64,000 nucleotides of DNA from Lepidodermella squamata (GCA_047495785.1 JBLDXI010000043.1:496001-560000), one strand, 5' to 3'; numbered from the stretch's first letter, positions 38,936-52,278 are shown. Made by a program: numbers and translations. Notes: a model not told the origin generated them from the sequence alone.

Positions 38936-41900
38936 TTAACAAGATCTCGCGCATTTCGCTCCTCTTGACCTTAGCAAATCAGCCTCATCGGTCTTGCCAT
39001 ATTCAATTGCGTAATCGAGAGCAGCATATCCATCGTTAGTAGTCGTCAGCATATCAGCACCTCTGTCGAGCAGCAGCTGTACAATGTTGATGTAGCCCTC
39101 GTGAATCGCTTGAATCAACGCTGTCTTGCCATCGTGACCCTTGATCTCGGTGGCAGCGTGGCGGTCCAACAGCAGCCGCACAACTTCGATTCGCCCATAG
39201 TAGGCCGCAAAAATCAGCGCCGTCTTGCCTTCATTACTCTTGATGTCGATGTCTGCGTTGCGGTCTAACAGCAGCCTTACAAGTTCGGCGTTGCCATGAT
39301 ACGCGGCCATTATCAAAGCCTTGTAGCTATAGTAATTTTCTCTGGCATTCACCTCAGCCCCACGTTCTAATAACAGCTGAGCTATTGCCAGCCGCTGGTC
39401 AGGTTGTCCACCACACGCCGTCACGCGGTGAAGAAGCGTGCCATTAGTAATCTCCATCGGCCATTGGCATGAGTCGTAATGCTTAGGATCACGCCAGTTG
39501 GGATTGAATTTGCCGCCTGTGACCGCGTCGATCTCGGCTACGAGTCGCTTCGCTTCCGAAAAGTTAGCATTTTTGCCAATCACTCCCCATAATTTCTCGT
39601 AAATCGACCGTATCTAAACAGAGGAAAAATCCGCAATCATCATTTTCAGAGTAATTCGAACTCGGTTAATTTTAAGAAATGATCGCTAAATATGCAAGTT
39701 CTGCGTATTCTGTGAGGCTTTAGTTATATTATCGCCAGCCCCCCTGTCTAATTTGTAACTATTTCAGGACAGCGTGTAAGGATGTGAAATTATTACTTTC
39801 AACTATCGCGTCGGTTTTTATACCAAATATACCGGGTTTGTACCAAAATGAAATTCAGACAATTCTCTATCGATTGAATATAGTGTTCTCACGTGAAAAC
39901 ATTAATGCAAAAACGTTTTACGCGCACAATTCAAATTCAATTTGCGTTGAAGCACATTTGACAATGGTTTGATGGTTTGGCATGGCAATTCGAGCAAAAC
40001 ATGGCCATAAAAGTCTACCCAATTGTGAATAGAATCGATAGAAATTACCTGCAGCGGAATTGGGTCGCGATGGCGCAGCAAATCTACCACGGCAGCATTG
40101 CCTCGAGAAATTGCTTGATCGATTGCTGTTTCTCCTGCGTTATCTGTGCTTCGTGTATTTGCTCCTCTGTCGAGCAGCAGCCGCACAAGTTCGACGTTGC
40201 CATTAGCCGCTGCATACATCAAAACCGTGTAGTTATTGTAATCCTCTGCGGCATTAACGTCAGCACCGCGGTCTAATAACAGCTCAGCTATTGCTAGCCG
40301 CTGGTCAGGTTGTCGTGACATTTCAGCACACGCCGTCAATCGGTGAAGCAGTGTGCCGTTTTTGGTATACAAAAATTGGCATGCGCCGTATTTCTGAGGA
40401 TCGCGCCAGTTGGGGTCGAATTTGCCGCCAGTGGCCGCGTCGATCCCCGCCACGAGTCGCTTCACCTGCGAAAAGTCGGCGGTTTTGCCACACGCAGTCG
40501 ATAATTGTTCGTAGATCGCGCGAATCTTGATAGGAGACAAACATCAGCAGTCAGCAGTTGTGATCTCACGATTTCAAGCGCTTTCCTCAGTTATAGCAAA
40601 TGGGAAATTCCATACACCTTTTCCCATTAGAAATTGCCACGGCACCAAATTAATTTGCCGACCTATTTTTAGCTCGCACTTGTTCACGTGAATGATTGCT
40701 CTCATTTTTTTCTTCTTCATCGTCGTCGTATTCCACTTCTATGGCAATGATGGTAATGAATGTATTTTATGGCTTTTGGCAGTGATCAGAGCCAAAATAT
40801 ACGGCACGTGCCATATTTTCAATACGCTGATGTTGCGTAATTTGATATTGCGTTAAATTTGTTTAATATTTGGACCGTAATGTCTAAAGACAGATTTTTA
40901 TAGGCACTCATGAATATTTGAATTTTGAATTTGAACTTCATTTGATCGTCCCGAATTTTTATAAATGCTGTGGAAACGCCTTTTCTGAAACTGTTACAAA
41001 AATATTTCATGCCTGAAAACACTATCGATGGGCAATCGACTCCATGTATAATATTACCGCAGCTCTAAGATTTGGGAGTGTCGAAAATACGCCTTGAAAT
41101 AATTAATTTCTAAATAGTTATAAAAGTCTGAAGATTAGTTAGTTTTCTTCATAAGCGATGGAATTTCAAGGAAGAATAGGAAGACTAATAATTTCTTTGT
41201 TAGTAATTGTGCCATGTGGTAATTTTTAATGTCATTCTTTTTTCCTCGCAAGAATATTTTACTTACCTATGAAAATACATTTCGAATTCAAGGTTCTCTT
41301 TTTGAATCAGCCGGTATTTATTTCCTTAAGAAACACCGCTATTTAGCATATTAAAGTCAGAAAAATTTCTTTGCCGATATCAGGTGGCAATTAGTGGTCA
41401 ATATTTAATTATTGCCTTTTCTATGAAAGCATCTTAAAATAGATAACTCATATTATAAGTTATTGCAAATGTTGCAGCTCAAAGTCGTTGTGAATGATAT
41501 CCCTTTATAAAAAATATGGCGCGTGCCGTATATTTTGGCTCTGATCACTGCCAAAAGCCATAAAATACATTCATTACCATCATTGCCATAGAAGTGGAAT
41601 ACGACGACGATGAAGAAGAAAAAAATGAGAGCAATCATTCACGTGAACAAGTGCGAGCTAAAAATAGGTCGGCAAATTAATTTGGTGCTGTGGCAATTTC
41701 CAATGGGAAAAGGTGTATGTCAAAAAATCAAACTTGGCCTAAAATGTGATATTGAATCGCTTACTATCACCGTGCCATTTTTCAAACAACTTTGTTCGTT
41801 CCCAAATCGACGTGTCATATCACAACCACTTTTATCCCAAACAGTATCGCATAATCCGCCATAGCGCAGCCGCACTTTTCACCGAAGCCGAGAAAATCGC

Positions 41901-44237
41901 ATAATAGAGTAAACAAATTAAGCACCCGAGAGGAAACACTTTTTAGGCTGTTATTTCCTGTTCCAAAAATGAACAATATTCGCCGAAAAATGCTTTCGCG
42001 TTCAATTATTCCTATTGCGGGCTCTGTTGTTAGGTTCTCTCGGCCTCGGTAAAAAGTGGCTGCGCTATATCGCAAAGGTACAAATTACCCGCTTGGAATT
42101 ACCCGCTAACTTTTCATGAATTTTGCATGATGAAAATTATCTCGTGATTAATAAATATTCCATGGGTGTGCCAACTACACCTACTAAAATAAAGACTTCA
42201 GCATTAAATTTAGAGCTCCAGCACTAAATTTGAAAGTCGCTCTCACTAATCCCATTGTAGACTAAATTTTTTCAATTATGCAAGCGAGCCTAAAATCGTG
42301 GGTGTAATCATATCCTAATCCTAACTCCTTACCATTTCTCGGAACCGTAAACCCATCCCTATCTTACAGCACAATAAAAGTGGTTTGAGCTGTCACGTCT
42401 GATCGGGATGATACAGAATACCAAATCAACCTTGGCATGCATCGTCTGAGGGCGCGAGGTCGAGAATGCCAGAGAGCCTCGCCCGGCTTAACAGCAGTAA
42501 TAGGCACTGAATGCTAATATTTAATGCTGGAATTTAGGTGCCCAAATGATTTAGTGAGAGCTGTTTGCAAATTAGGTAAACGCACTTACAAAATTTAGTG
42601 CTGGAACCTCATTTTAGGTGGTGCACTTATTTAGACCCATATTCAATACTGTTCACACCCTAGAGAGTTGGCCTTACCTGTCGCGGAGTAATTAGTCTTC
42701 GAGATCGCAGCAAATCGATAACTGCAGTTTTACTTTCAGAAACTGCCGAATCAAGTGCTGTTTTTCTACTTCTTGTGGCTTCTGTATTCGCGCCTCTGTC
42801 GAGCAGCAGACGTACGACTTCGACGTGCCCTTTGAAAGCCGCTCTGGTCAACGCCGTATCACCATGGATATTCTCTACTTCCATAGCAGCCTTGTGGTCT
42901 AACAGCAGCCGAGCAACTTCGAGGTGGCCATTATTAGATGCCCAAATCAACGCCGTTTCGCTATAGTTATTCTTTGCCTCCACATCCGCTTTTCGTTCCA
43001 GCAACAACCGTACAGCTGAAACGTGCCCATTGTGAGCTGAAAGAATCAATGCCGTCAACCCATCGTAATCCTTGGCCTCGATGTCAGCGTTGCGGTCCAA
43101 CAGCAGCCGCACAAGTTCAGTGTTGCCATTGAACGCTGCCAGCATCAATGCATTGTTGTTATTGTAATTCTCTGTGGCATTAACGTCAGCACCGCGGTCT
43201 AATAACAGCTCAGCTATTGCTAGCCGCTGGTCAGGTTGTCGTGACATTTCAGCACACGCCGTCAATCGGTGAAGCAGCGTGCCGTAATTTATATCAACCG
43301 GACATGATTCGTATAGATTAGGATCGCACCAGTTGGGGTCGAAGTGGCCACCAGTGGCCGCGTCGATCTCCGCCACCAGTCGTTTCACCTGCGACATGTC
43401 AGCAGTTTCGCCACACGCAGTCGATAATCGCTCGTAAATCGCAGGAATCTGAGCAGAAAAATGAGAAATCATCAGTTCGATACTAGTTATTTCACGCTTC
43501 TTCACTAGTTGATTTAGCGTAATCGCTCCAACTACTACTTAGTTCAATGGGCAATATGGCCTAGGTTATTGGTGCGATTGCTCAATAACCTGGTTCAATA
43601 GCTATTTGATCGTAATGCTCGATGAGCTAGGACATATTAATTACCGACATTGTGTTTGAGGTTGTAAGTTGAAAAAAATCTGCACGCTGATTGGTCAGTT
43701 GGCTCGTATCCATGACTCCGCCTTGCTACTTGATCGTGCGATCCATAAAATGTTTGCAAAAAATATCTTTTTATGAATGGTTTTACGCATTTGCTGGAAA
43801 CGCGTGCTACGATACGGCCTTCATAAAAATAATAAAAGCCACAAATTATATAGATCGCACGATCAAGTAGCAAGGCGGAGTCATGGATACGAGCCAACTG
43901 ACCAATCAGCGTGCGGATTTTTTACAACTTACAACCTCAAACACAATGGATTTTTCGCAGTTTGATCCGAACCAGTCTTTGGTGCACTTGCATTTGTTTG
44001 GAGCCCAACAGATGCCGCCATTCAAGCATTCTTGTTCGCAAAACGCTGAAATTGGTATTCGCGGTGACTAATAAGCTCTAATAAGCGCAGTCGCTTACGT
44101 CTATGATTCATCGTATCAACAGTGGATCGGACCTTGGTCAGTTCTAATAAGACAGTAAGTTATGCGAAATCCAAGACGAAATCAGGAACTTTCACCTTCT
44201 GATATAGCAGTAATAGCAGAATGTAGATCCGATATTT
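38936..44237 (-). CDS. Multi-exon coiled-coil, EGF, and three ankyrin-module protein; 5' end unresolved
   Basis: Exons 44237-44196 and 44143-44099 (ISDLHSAITAISEELTKVRSTVDTMNHR), 44045-~43933 (EGF: CEQECLNGGICWAPNKCKCTKDWFGSNCE), 43448-42678, 40525-40049, 39613-38936. The upstream introns are 52-53 nt GT-AG; the ankyrin exons have phase-0 donors (CAG|gtaagg, CAG|gtaatt) and phase-0 acceptors. Confidence 0.78.
40611..41719. mobile_element. Long-TIR element, CAT...ATG termini, TC TSD
   Basis: About 209-bp near-identical TIRs (40611-40819, 41511-41719) starting CATACACCTTTTCCCATT; TC at 40609-40610 and 41720-41721. Confidence 0.88.
42164..42638. mobile_element. Mutator-like MITE with 9-bp TSD and an internal CCTAAC-like tract
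   Basis: GGGT...ACCC ends, subterminal CAGCACTAAATTT repeats, TSD ATATTCCAT/ATATTCAAT (one mismatch). Confidence 0.7.
43648..43948. mobile_element. MITE, CAT...ATG family, GA TSD, inserted at the 3' end of the EGF exon
   Basis: About 100-bp TIRs starting CATTGTGTTTGAGGTTGTAAGTTG; GA at 43646-43647 and 43949-43950. Confidence 0.9.
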
Positions 44238-47227
44238 CTAAACAGTGGCATGTAAACATGTATCATTATTGAGGACGATAGATAATTGAATGACATGAGA
44301 GGATTTACTTCGAACACGATAATTACCAACTCCCACCCACTTTAAACACCCTGAAGAGTGAAATTAGCTACGGCGGCTAATTCAATGTTTACTTGCGGAT
44401 TGCTTATTTCTGGGTAAGGTCCGAACCGAATAGGACCTGATTTGACAAAAATCGATAAGGATAAGCCCTTCAGGTTTGGAGTATCTATCATCAAATTCAC
44501 AATCCTTGGTGTCTCAAAACAAATTTGACCACTAAAATGTATCGGGAATCGGAGTACATTCTAAAATTCTAGAAATTACACACCAAAAAAGTTTTTTTTA
44601 CAAACAGACAAAGAAACTCCACTTGGGCCTGATTTATCCGGATTCTACAAATTTTCTCATAAATGTTTAGGTATAGGTGATCTTACGTCTATTCTAAATT
44701 GAAGCACGGATTTCCACTCTTATCCGGATCATAGTGGAAAATACGCCGTAAAACAGCCCAGAATATTTTCTGCTATCCCGGGCTGTTTGAGCCAGGATAT
44801 CACGCTATCCGGGCTGATTTAAACTCAGGTCATGGCTCGAAATTTTGGCAGAATTCACCCCTATTTTCGATTTATTTGAGCACGGAAACAAAAGTCACGA
44901 AAATACTGAGGCGCCGAAACCCCTGCGACTCCCTGAATTTTATTACTCCGAAATTGCGAGAAAATTAACAAGATTAAAGAATATGCAGCGAAGACACGGG
45001 AACAAGTGGGCCAAGTCGTTTTGGTCGTTGGATCAGGTTCGATTCAGCAGAAAATCCACCGGAGCCGAGAACCATCACCGATTGCTTAGAGACTTGAGCC
45101 AGCCGCAACTTGCGCTCGATCTTGCTCTGGGGTGGGCTCAGATCAACTCAAGAATTGGTGTGGCGCCAAGAGAGGATGTTACAGCAAACAAGTCGACAGC
45201 CGACACCGTTTCGCTGCCATCATCGCTGGGTGACTGGCTGGTTGGCTGGGAATTCTTCTTGCGTATTAGCAGCCTGGCTTCTAAGATTGAACGGCTGAAT
45301 TCGCGATTCGAGAGATAGGCTTTACGTTTTGCCCGAAATTGATGCCATCCATGTTGATGCGGACGGGCGTGAAAAAAGCAATTTCAAATCGCAGCGAAAA
45401 AACGAAGAATGATTAGCGTTTGAAAATCATTCACTTTTGCAACTTTGATGCATAATTTTGAGATGGATGTTTTATTTTCAATATTTTCACTCAATCCCAC
45501 TAGGATGGTATACGTCAGGCCACTATTCCGACCTTCGGCTGCGCCTCAGGTCTCCATAGCTGGCCTTCAGGCGAATATTTTCCGCTATCCACTACAAAGC
45601 TCCCAGATATAGTATAATATTAGGCTCTCCAACTTAATTTTCGCTGTATGAATATACAGATTTTGATCCTAGAACAACCGGTGCTACCGACATTTTACCT
45701 TAACATAATATTTAAAATGTTAGATAAAAAGTTTTAAAAAGTGAATTGTTATAGTTTTACAATCTTTATCTTGAGACCGGAGCAATTCGGTTTTACGCCG
45801 AAGCTAGGTACAGTCGACGCCTGCACAGTCTTTTACGCTATCGTGGCATATTTTCTCACCGAAGGGAAAAAAGTTTGCACTGCATTTGTTGACTTTTCCA
45901 GCGCTTTCGATAAAATTAGCCGATTCCTCCTAATTCAAAAACTGAGAAAACTAGGCCTGCCACCCGCTTTTATCGAGGTAATAAAAAACATGTACGCCGA
46001 CAATAAATTATTCCTACGCTACAGATCCAGCATTCTCTTCGACAAGCCCATTACCTCTAACGTTGGAGTAAGGCAAGGCGACCCACTCTCCCCGCTTCTG
46101 TTTTCTATTTTTATAAATGACCTTATACCCCAGCTCATGAAAATCATTCCAGGCTTGACCTTCGGAGAATACGCTATTTTAGCCATCCTCTATGCAGATG
46201 ACCTGGTTTTGATGGCTGATAGCCCCGAAAAGTTACAACGCCTTCTCGACGAACTAGTAGTCTATTGTGAAAATAATTCCCTGAAAATAAATGTGGAAAA
46301 AACCAAAATTATGATTTTCGAAAAACGATTCACCGAAAATAAAAATTTGAAATTTACACTTGCCGGTGAACCACTCGAGAGGGTCAAAGACTTTAAATAC
46401 CTAGGCGTCTATTTTACCCACAACCTGAACTGGTCGAGGTTATCAATGCGAACACTAAACGAGTTGCGGCACTAATACCCAACATGATCGATCGTTTTAC
46501 GACATATCTTCCCCCTAGAACTTTCCATCTTTTGCATAACTCTTACTTAGTTGGCAATTACGCATATCGTTCTTGCCGCGCAATATGTGCGATTTCGGGC
46601 CTAGTGAATGTCATTTATTAGTGATTGCGCGCATGTTTTATGTGCTATGTTGTAGCGCCAAGCGAAAAATCAATACTTGCATATTAATGAGGGGCCGTTT
46701 ATGCGGGCGTGCGTTCGCGGGCGAAATTCTTTGTAACTCGCGGGTTTTTTAAGTTCTTGGATAACTCAGCTGAAAACTGGTCAACAATTGAAGCAAGTGT
46801 TGCAACAGACCAATATTTTAACGTAGAATGCATTGGACCCTTGATTGGGGAAATGTCACTAAGTAGATGCAATAATTTTTGCAAAATACATGAAGAGCGC
46901 TAGTCCGGTTAACGTCAGGTAAACTCATATTTTTGTCCGATTTTGTTGCGCCAATGTCTACTTCATTCGGCTAAATTTTCATTTCCAAATTGAAGAATCG
47001 TTTAGGAATCACATTCAGACGAGAAAGCGTGTTTCTACCAAACGTGTGGAATGACCTGAAAGTACCGAAATTTTCACGCCGGCGCAGCAAGTTAATTCTT
47101 CGGTGAAATTTTTTTGTTTTCAGCTAAGAAGCTCTGACGGCTGTTTCCTGCAAATAAAAGAACAGTAATATGGGACCTGACTCGTTTTAACGACCTTAGC
47201 AGGCTCATCAATTATTCCATGGAAAAT

Positions 47228-47570
47228 TACCAAACCATTCCCATCGGGTTATTTCGAATTATTTCCGGTTGATTTCTAATTATCTTCGGTGAATTGGTAG
47301 AAAAGGGGCAAGAAATGATTTTAATACCTGTCATTAAAAAAAATATCCAATATTTTCGCAAAAATTTCAAACATTCGGAAAGAAACTTTGATACTGCATT
47401 CAGACACCCCGAATTTACTGATTTTTTTCGTGTCCACACACAATTCGACTATTATTCCTAAACAAGTGCCATCAAAGGCCTTTTCACGTCATTTATCTAT
47501 GATTTCACCGAAGAGAATTATGAATTCCCCAAAAAATACCGAAAAAACCCGATGGGAATGGTTTGGTAAT
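47228..47570. mobile_element. MITE (TIR CCAAACCATTCCCATCGGG); a partial second copy begins near 48596
   Basis: TACCAAACCATTCCCATCGGG is mirrored by CCCGATGGGAATGGTTTGGTA. Confidence 0.75.
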
Positions 47571-49022
47571 TTTCGGTATTTTGCTATATTAGACCGTATT
47601 TTACCAGTTTTTTCATTCTTCTTGTCAACTATGACAGTTGATTAGCATTTCCATGACAGCTACGATACCGTAATACCATCCGATTAGTAATAACCCCGAG
47701 TTTTTGGCTTTTTCATAAACCCGAAATACGGATCAGACTTTCCGTCCGCTCACTAGTCGTAAATTCTTCGGTGAAAATGTTTTGTTTTCAGTTTATAAGC
47801 CCAACTTGTAGTTTCCTTCAATTTCGACGTGATAGTTTTAGGCCCCACCGACTCGTTGTCATTGGCAGACTCGCGTATTACTCAGTATAAAACCCGGTAA
47901 TTTTACTGAAAATACCGAATGCTAACACGATGTACTCGACAAGCGAAATTAAAGTTTTTTCGATTGAAAATGTTATGTTAGGTATCCCTTACATATTCAT
48001 AATGTTTCAGCTTTAAAAAAGCGAGCTAGAAAGATAGGGATCGCGTAAATAAACCACAAGGCAGAATTTCACCGGGAAAAACCGGTTGCAGGTTTGATGC
48101 CTACCAGCTGAAAATGTTCACGAAAGCGATGCGCCAGACTGCGCAAAAACATTAAGAAATATCGACTAGTTATAATCGAATAAGAAAATTCTGTTTACCA
48201 CCGATAGGTTTCAGGCTGGTTAGCCGAACAATTTCGGTTTCAAACTGGTCAGGCGGTGACTAGTTCGGCTTCGGTGATAATGACATGGATCATACTTTTC
48301 GCTGAACTGTAGTACAGAAAGTCGTAAAATTTCTTGCTAGAAAGTAACTGCCGGTCATAGCAGTCCAGCAAAAATTTTTTTATCGATAAATCTCCGAGAA
48401 TTTAGCCAACGGAAGACCCTCTATATTTATGGTGTATCCGGTATTCCCGGAATTTTCATATAAACAGCGACGTAGTGCTCTAAAAGTTGATCGAAGGCGT
48501 TAAAACCAGGTGCAATTGATTGCTTAAGGTCGCCCTGATATTTTAGACTGGAAAAATCTGAAGAGCAACGTTGGAGTAAAGTTGAATAGCGAATATTACC
48601 AAACCATTCCCATCGGGTTTTTCGGTTATTTGTCGGTGAATTCGTAGATTAGCAGTGCAAAATACCTTACGTACCATCTGTTTGAGAATAAATCCTTAAT
48701 TGTTAGGGAAAATATGGAAACATCAATTTATACAGGGCGTCCAAAGGTAGTAAAGAGTTGAAATGTTGACATTCTAGATAATTCCAGCGAATTTGGTTAT
48801 ATTAAGGCAATCACCACTTTTAAAGGTATTTTTTATCAAACACGGGACTAAAAGGAAAAATATATGACTGTGGAGGTGACATTTTCCGAAATTACGCTCG
48901 TCAGGTATCTTGATAATATCTTGCTGGGATATATCTTGCGATGTTTCACAAGCCCGAGAAGCGATAGGCGGCCCCTCATTAATATGCAAGTATTGATTTT
49001 CTGCTTAATGATTGCGCCCATA

Positions 49023-49499
49023 CGGGCGCCGTCGTTCACAAATTATTTTTACAAAATTTTCATCATTTGAGACAATGGTCACCCCCCTTAAAAATCATTC
49101 TAGAACGCTGAAAACAGGTCTAAAAAGTAAATTTTTGAGCCGCATATTTTGGTGAATTTTCCAGATTTTTATTTCAAGTCTAACTGGTCGAAAACTGGAC
49201 CTAAATGACTTACAAAAATTTAAATCGCCGAATTTTGAGCTGAAAATGTGATTTTCGGAATCAGCGATTTTTTTAACCCTAATAGAAATGAGTTGAAAAA
49301 ACTTCGATTCGAGATTTTTCATTTTTTGCTAATCGCGGGTTACGGTTAGCTAATTGAGAGATAAAACGGTAACCAGTGTGCCGAGCGTCATCGATTACCT
49401 ACTGGGATGTGTTATTTATTGCAAAATCGCAATTTTCAAGGGGGCAACCATTGTGTTGAAAATTTCTCAGTTTTTTGAATTTGTGTACGACGGCGCCCG
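49023..49499. mobile_element. TA-flanked MITE
   Basis: TIR CGGGCGCCGTCGT(T/A)CACAAATT with TA on both sides. Confidence 0.78.
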
Positions 49500-51811
49500 T
49501 ATGCCGGATTCGCGCAATCATAAAGCGGTTTCGCGGCGTCATGCCTAGCGCCTGCACGCCGAAACTGGAACTGTTAGGTGGTAGGTGGACGGATAAAAGA
49601 TTTCGGATTTTATTTTATTTTCGGATTATCGGATGAACGGTTGATTTTCTACGAATTTTCAAACTGAGAATTTCAAGAAAACCGACGCTTAATAATGACA
49701 TCGAAGTATTTACCCCGCACCCGTGTTACCCTTTCAGGTGCGGAATTTATCCTGTTCAAAGTTTATTTTTAGCTACGCCGAAGCACGACGGTTTTTTCAG
49801 TACCAAAATCGCCGCGAGATTCACAAGTTTTCCTTTGATTGTAGCGTTTGGCGCGCGAATTATCTTTAGTGAAAATAAATAATTTCATTTCTTTGAATTT
49901 CTTCAAATTTATCGACACCTCACCCTGATAGCGCTTATAATTTATTGTACGTGAAATGTAGCAAATTTTGCGCTGAATTTTTAGAGACTAAACTTGTCGA
50001 CACCGCTCTTACGGTTGTCGAACATAAAGTGGCGCGGTAAATCGCGTTTTCAGCCTTTTTAGCGTGCCGGCGGCTCTCACACACACACTCAGGGTCGATT
50101 TCTGTCAAATTTTTGAACAGATTTAGTTGTTTTGTGCGCACATAAAGAACACACAGGTCGACGTAAAATGTCCAGACGAATCGAACGAGACTAGACGCGT
50201 CGTCGTTGCCCTCATAGTTATTCAGCTATAAGAGGCGCGGTAGAACTTGGTTTCGATGTCATCTCGATGCGATAAGTGTGAAAACGGCAACAATTAATTA
50301 GGTACCACTATCACAGTAAGCCGCAGTAAAAAAATGACGAAATGGTGAAATTTGTGTATGCCGTGATAATGGGTGTAGTGATCGAAGCTATTTAAGTTAA
50401 ATAATTCTATCTCAACTAAATAACGGTATCTTTGGCGTTTAGAATAAAAATAATTTCACTTTACAATTTTGACCCCCTTTCCCCATTCCGATTTTTATTA
50501 GGCTATACAGTTAAACGCCATACTTATATACTAGCATATAACTGGGAAATTTCAGAAGAATTATGGATTACCGTATTTGATCCAATTCACTGAAAATTGC
50601 CTATCCCTGATAGCATCCTAATAGGTTTGTGGGCCCAAGGGGTTTGGAAATGTCAAAAATAACGATGGGATACAGAGGATGAATTTTCGCATGAAAATTA
50701 AAATATCCGCCTTAATTTTATAATTTTAGATCATGCCATAGAGAATAGAGTTACCAGAGATGAAACTCCTATTGGAAACTTGAAGTTTTAATTCTTTTGC
50801 CGATTTTCGTAAATTTTCATTATCATCCAAAAACCATGAATAATTTTTGAACGGTAGCTTTGGTAAACAAGAAATTTCATACGTTTATAATATGGACTCA
50901 GTTCTATCAATTCCACTAAAGAAAGCGATAGTCCGATCAAGGATGTGGCCGTGGGGTCAAGGCAAAAACACCCATTTTTGAACCCCTAAAAAAGTGACCT
51001 TCGCGGAAATCGCTATGGCGTCAAAACCGTACATTTCCGTACGAAATCCTTTGAACTGGCTGTAGTTGAAACCAATCCCCATCGATTAGAATAAAAAAAT
51101 CGGAATTCCATGATGAGCTATTTTGGGTATAGCGCGTGGAAAAACACCCTTGTTTTACATGTAAACATGTATGCGCGAGTTTGAAAAAGATCCGCCATAA
51201 TGAAAATTATGAGCCGAGTTTCATTAAATATCTTTTTTATTTCGTGGATGATGTCATTTTTTTCTGTAACATGCTGATAGATTGGGCTCTGAAGCGAGAG
51301 GTTTCGAAACAATTTCTCAATTTCCGTGGCTGGATATTTCAGAAACTGATGATTTCTGAGAAAATTCTGATTTTACTTGATGTTTAATTCGTTGAAAAAT
51401 CGATCATTGGTTAGTCTCCTGCCTTTGCATCATTATTATTTTCACGTTGCGTGAATAAAAGACTTCGACTGCACAAGCTTAGAAAAAATGACGTAGTTTG
51501 AACCACTGGCATGAGTTCTACATAGAGTAAAGAACGAAAATCAAGATTTCAGGTTCATTACGTCGAATAAACGCAGCGATTCCATTTCGTGGATAACTAA
51601 TCAAAATTGTCACGAAATGACAGCCAAGAAATCTAGGACAAAATGATGGACGGTAAAGAACAAAAAACTCATGGCTAGGAATTTCATGATCTTCCGAAAA
51701 CCCAAGAAAAAGAGAAAAATTGACGTTTTCCAGACTTTAAGCTACTGCATCTCCGAAAAACCGAGGGTGACAATTGCATTTTTTCATATCACAAGACAGC
51801 TAAAGATGTCC

Positions 51812-52278
51812 TCTACCAGGCTGGTTGGTCGCGTAAAAAGTCTATCCACAAGGGTTAGCGAGGAATCGCATGTCAAATGTCACAAAAATCGTCGTAGTTG
51901 GGCCGTTTTCAGCAGCAAACGGGTCATCTTTGCGACCCTCCCACTAAAAACTCCGGGGATGGATTTTCGGTTTCTTGATATCGTTAGAAAGCCCAAGAAC
52001 TGGTCTACAAGGCTGGTTGGTCGCGCAAAAAGTCTATCCACAGGGTTTGCGAGAAATCGCATGTCAAATGTCCCGAAAATCGTCGTAGAGAAGCAGTTTT
52101 TGGGCCCAACCGGGTCATCTTTGCGACCCTCCCTCTTGAGAACCCGTGGATGGATTTTCGATTTCTTGATATCGTGGGAAAGCCCAAAAACCGGTCTACA
52201 AGGCTGGTTTGTCGCGCAAAAAGTCTATCCATAGGGCTAGCGAGGAATTGCATGTCAAATGTCACAAAAAAATCGTCA
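51812..52278 (+). repeat. Tandem repeat, about 192-bp unit, about 2.4 copies
   Basis: Units start TCTAC(C/A)AGGCTGGTT at 51812, 52004 and 52195. Confidence 0.88.

Noticed and set aside
38936-38955. C-terminal CARSC/CVKFC as a CaaX prenylation signal
   Set aside because: Cys is not at position -4, so the spacing fits neither CaaX nor CxC.
26007-43505. Five independent single-exon ankyrin genes as listed in the ORF track
   Set aside because: Their starts are non-ATG or internal, and consistent phase-0 splice sites indicate they are exons of two larger genes.
51671-52278. 187-aa repetitive ORF, or a CRISPR-like array
   Set aside because: It is a 192-bp tandem repeat with no unique spacers, in a eukaryotic context with no cas genes.
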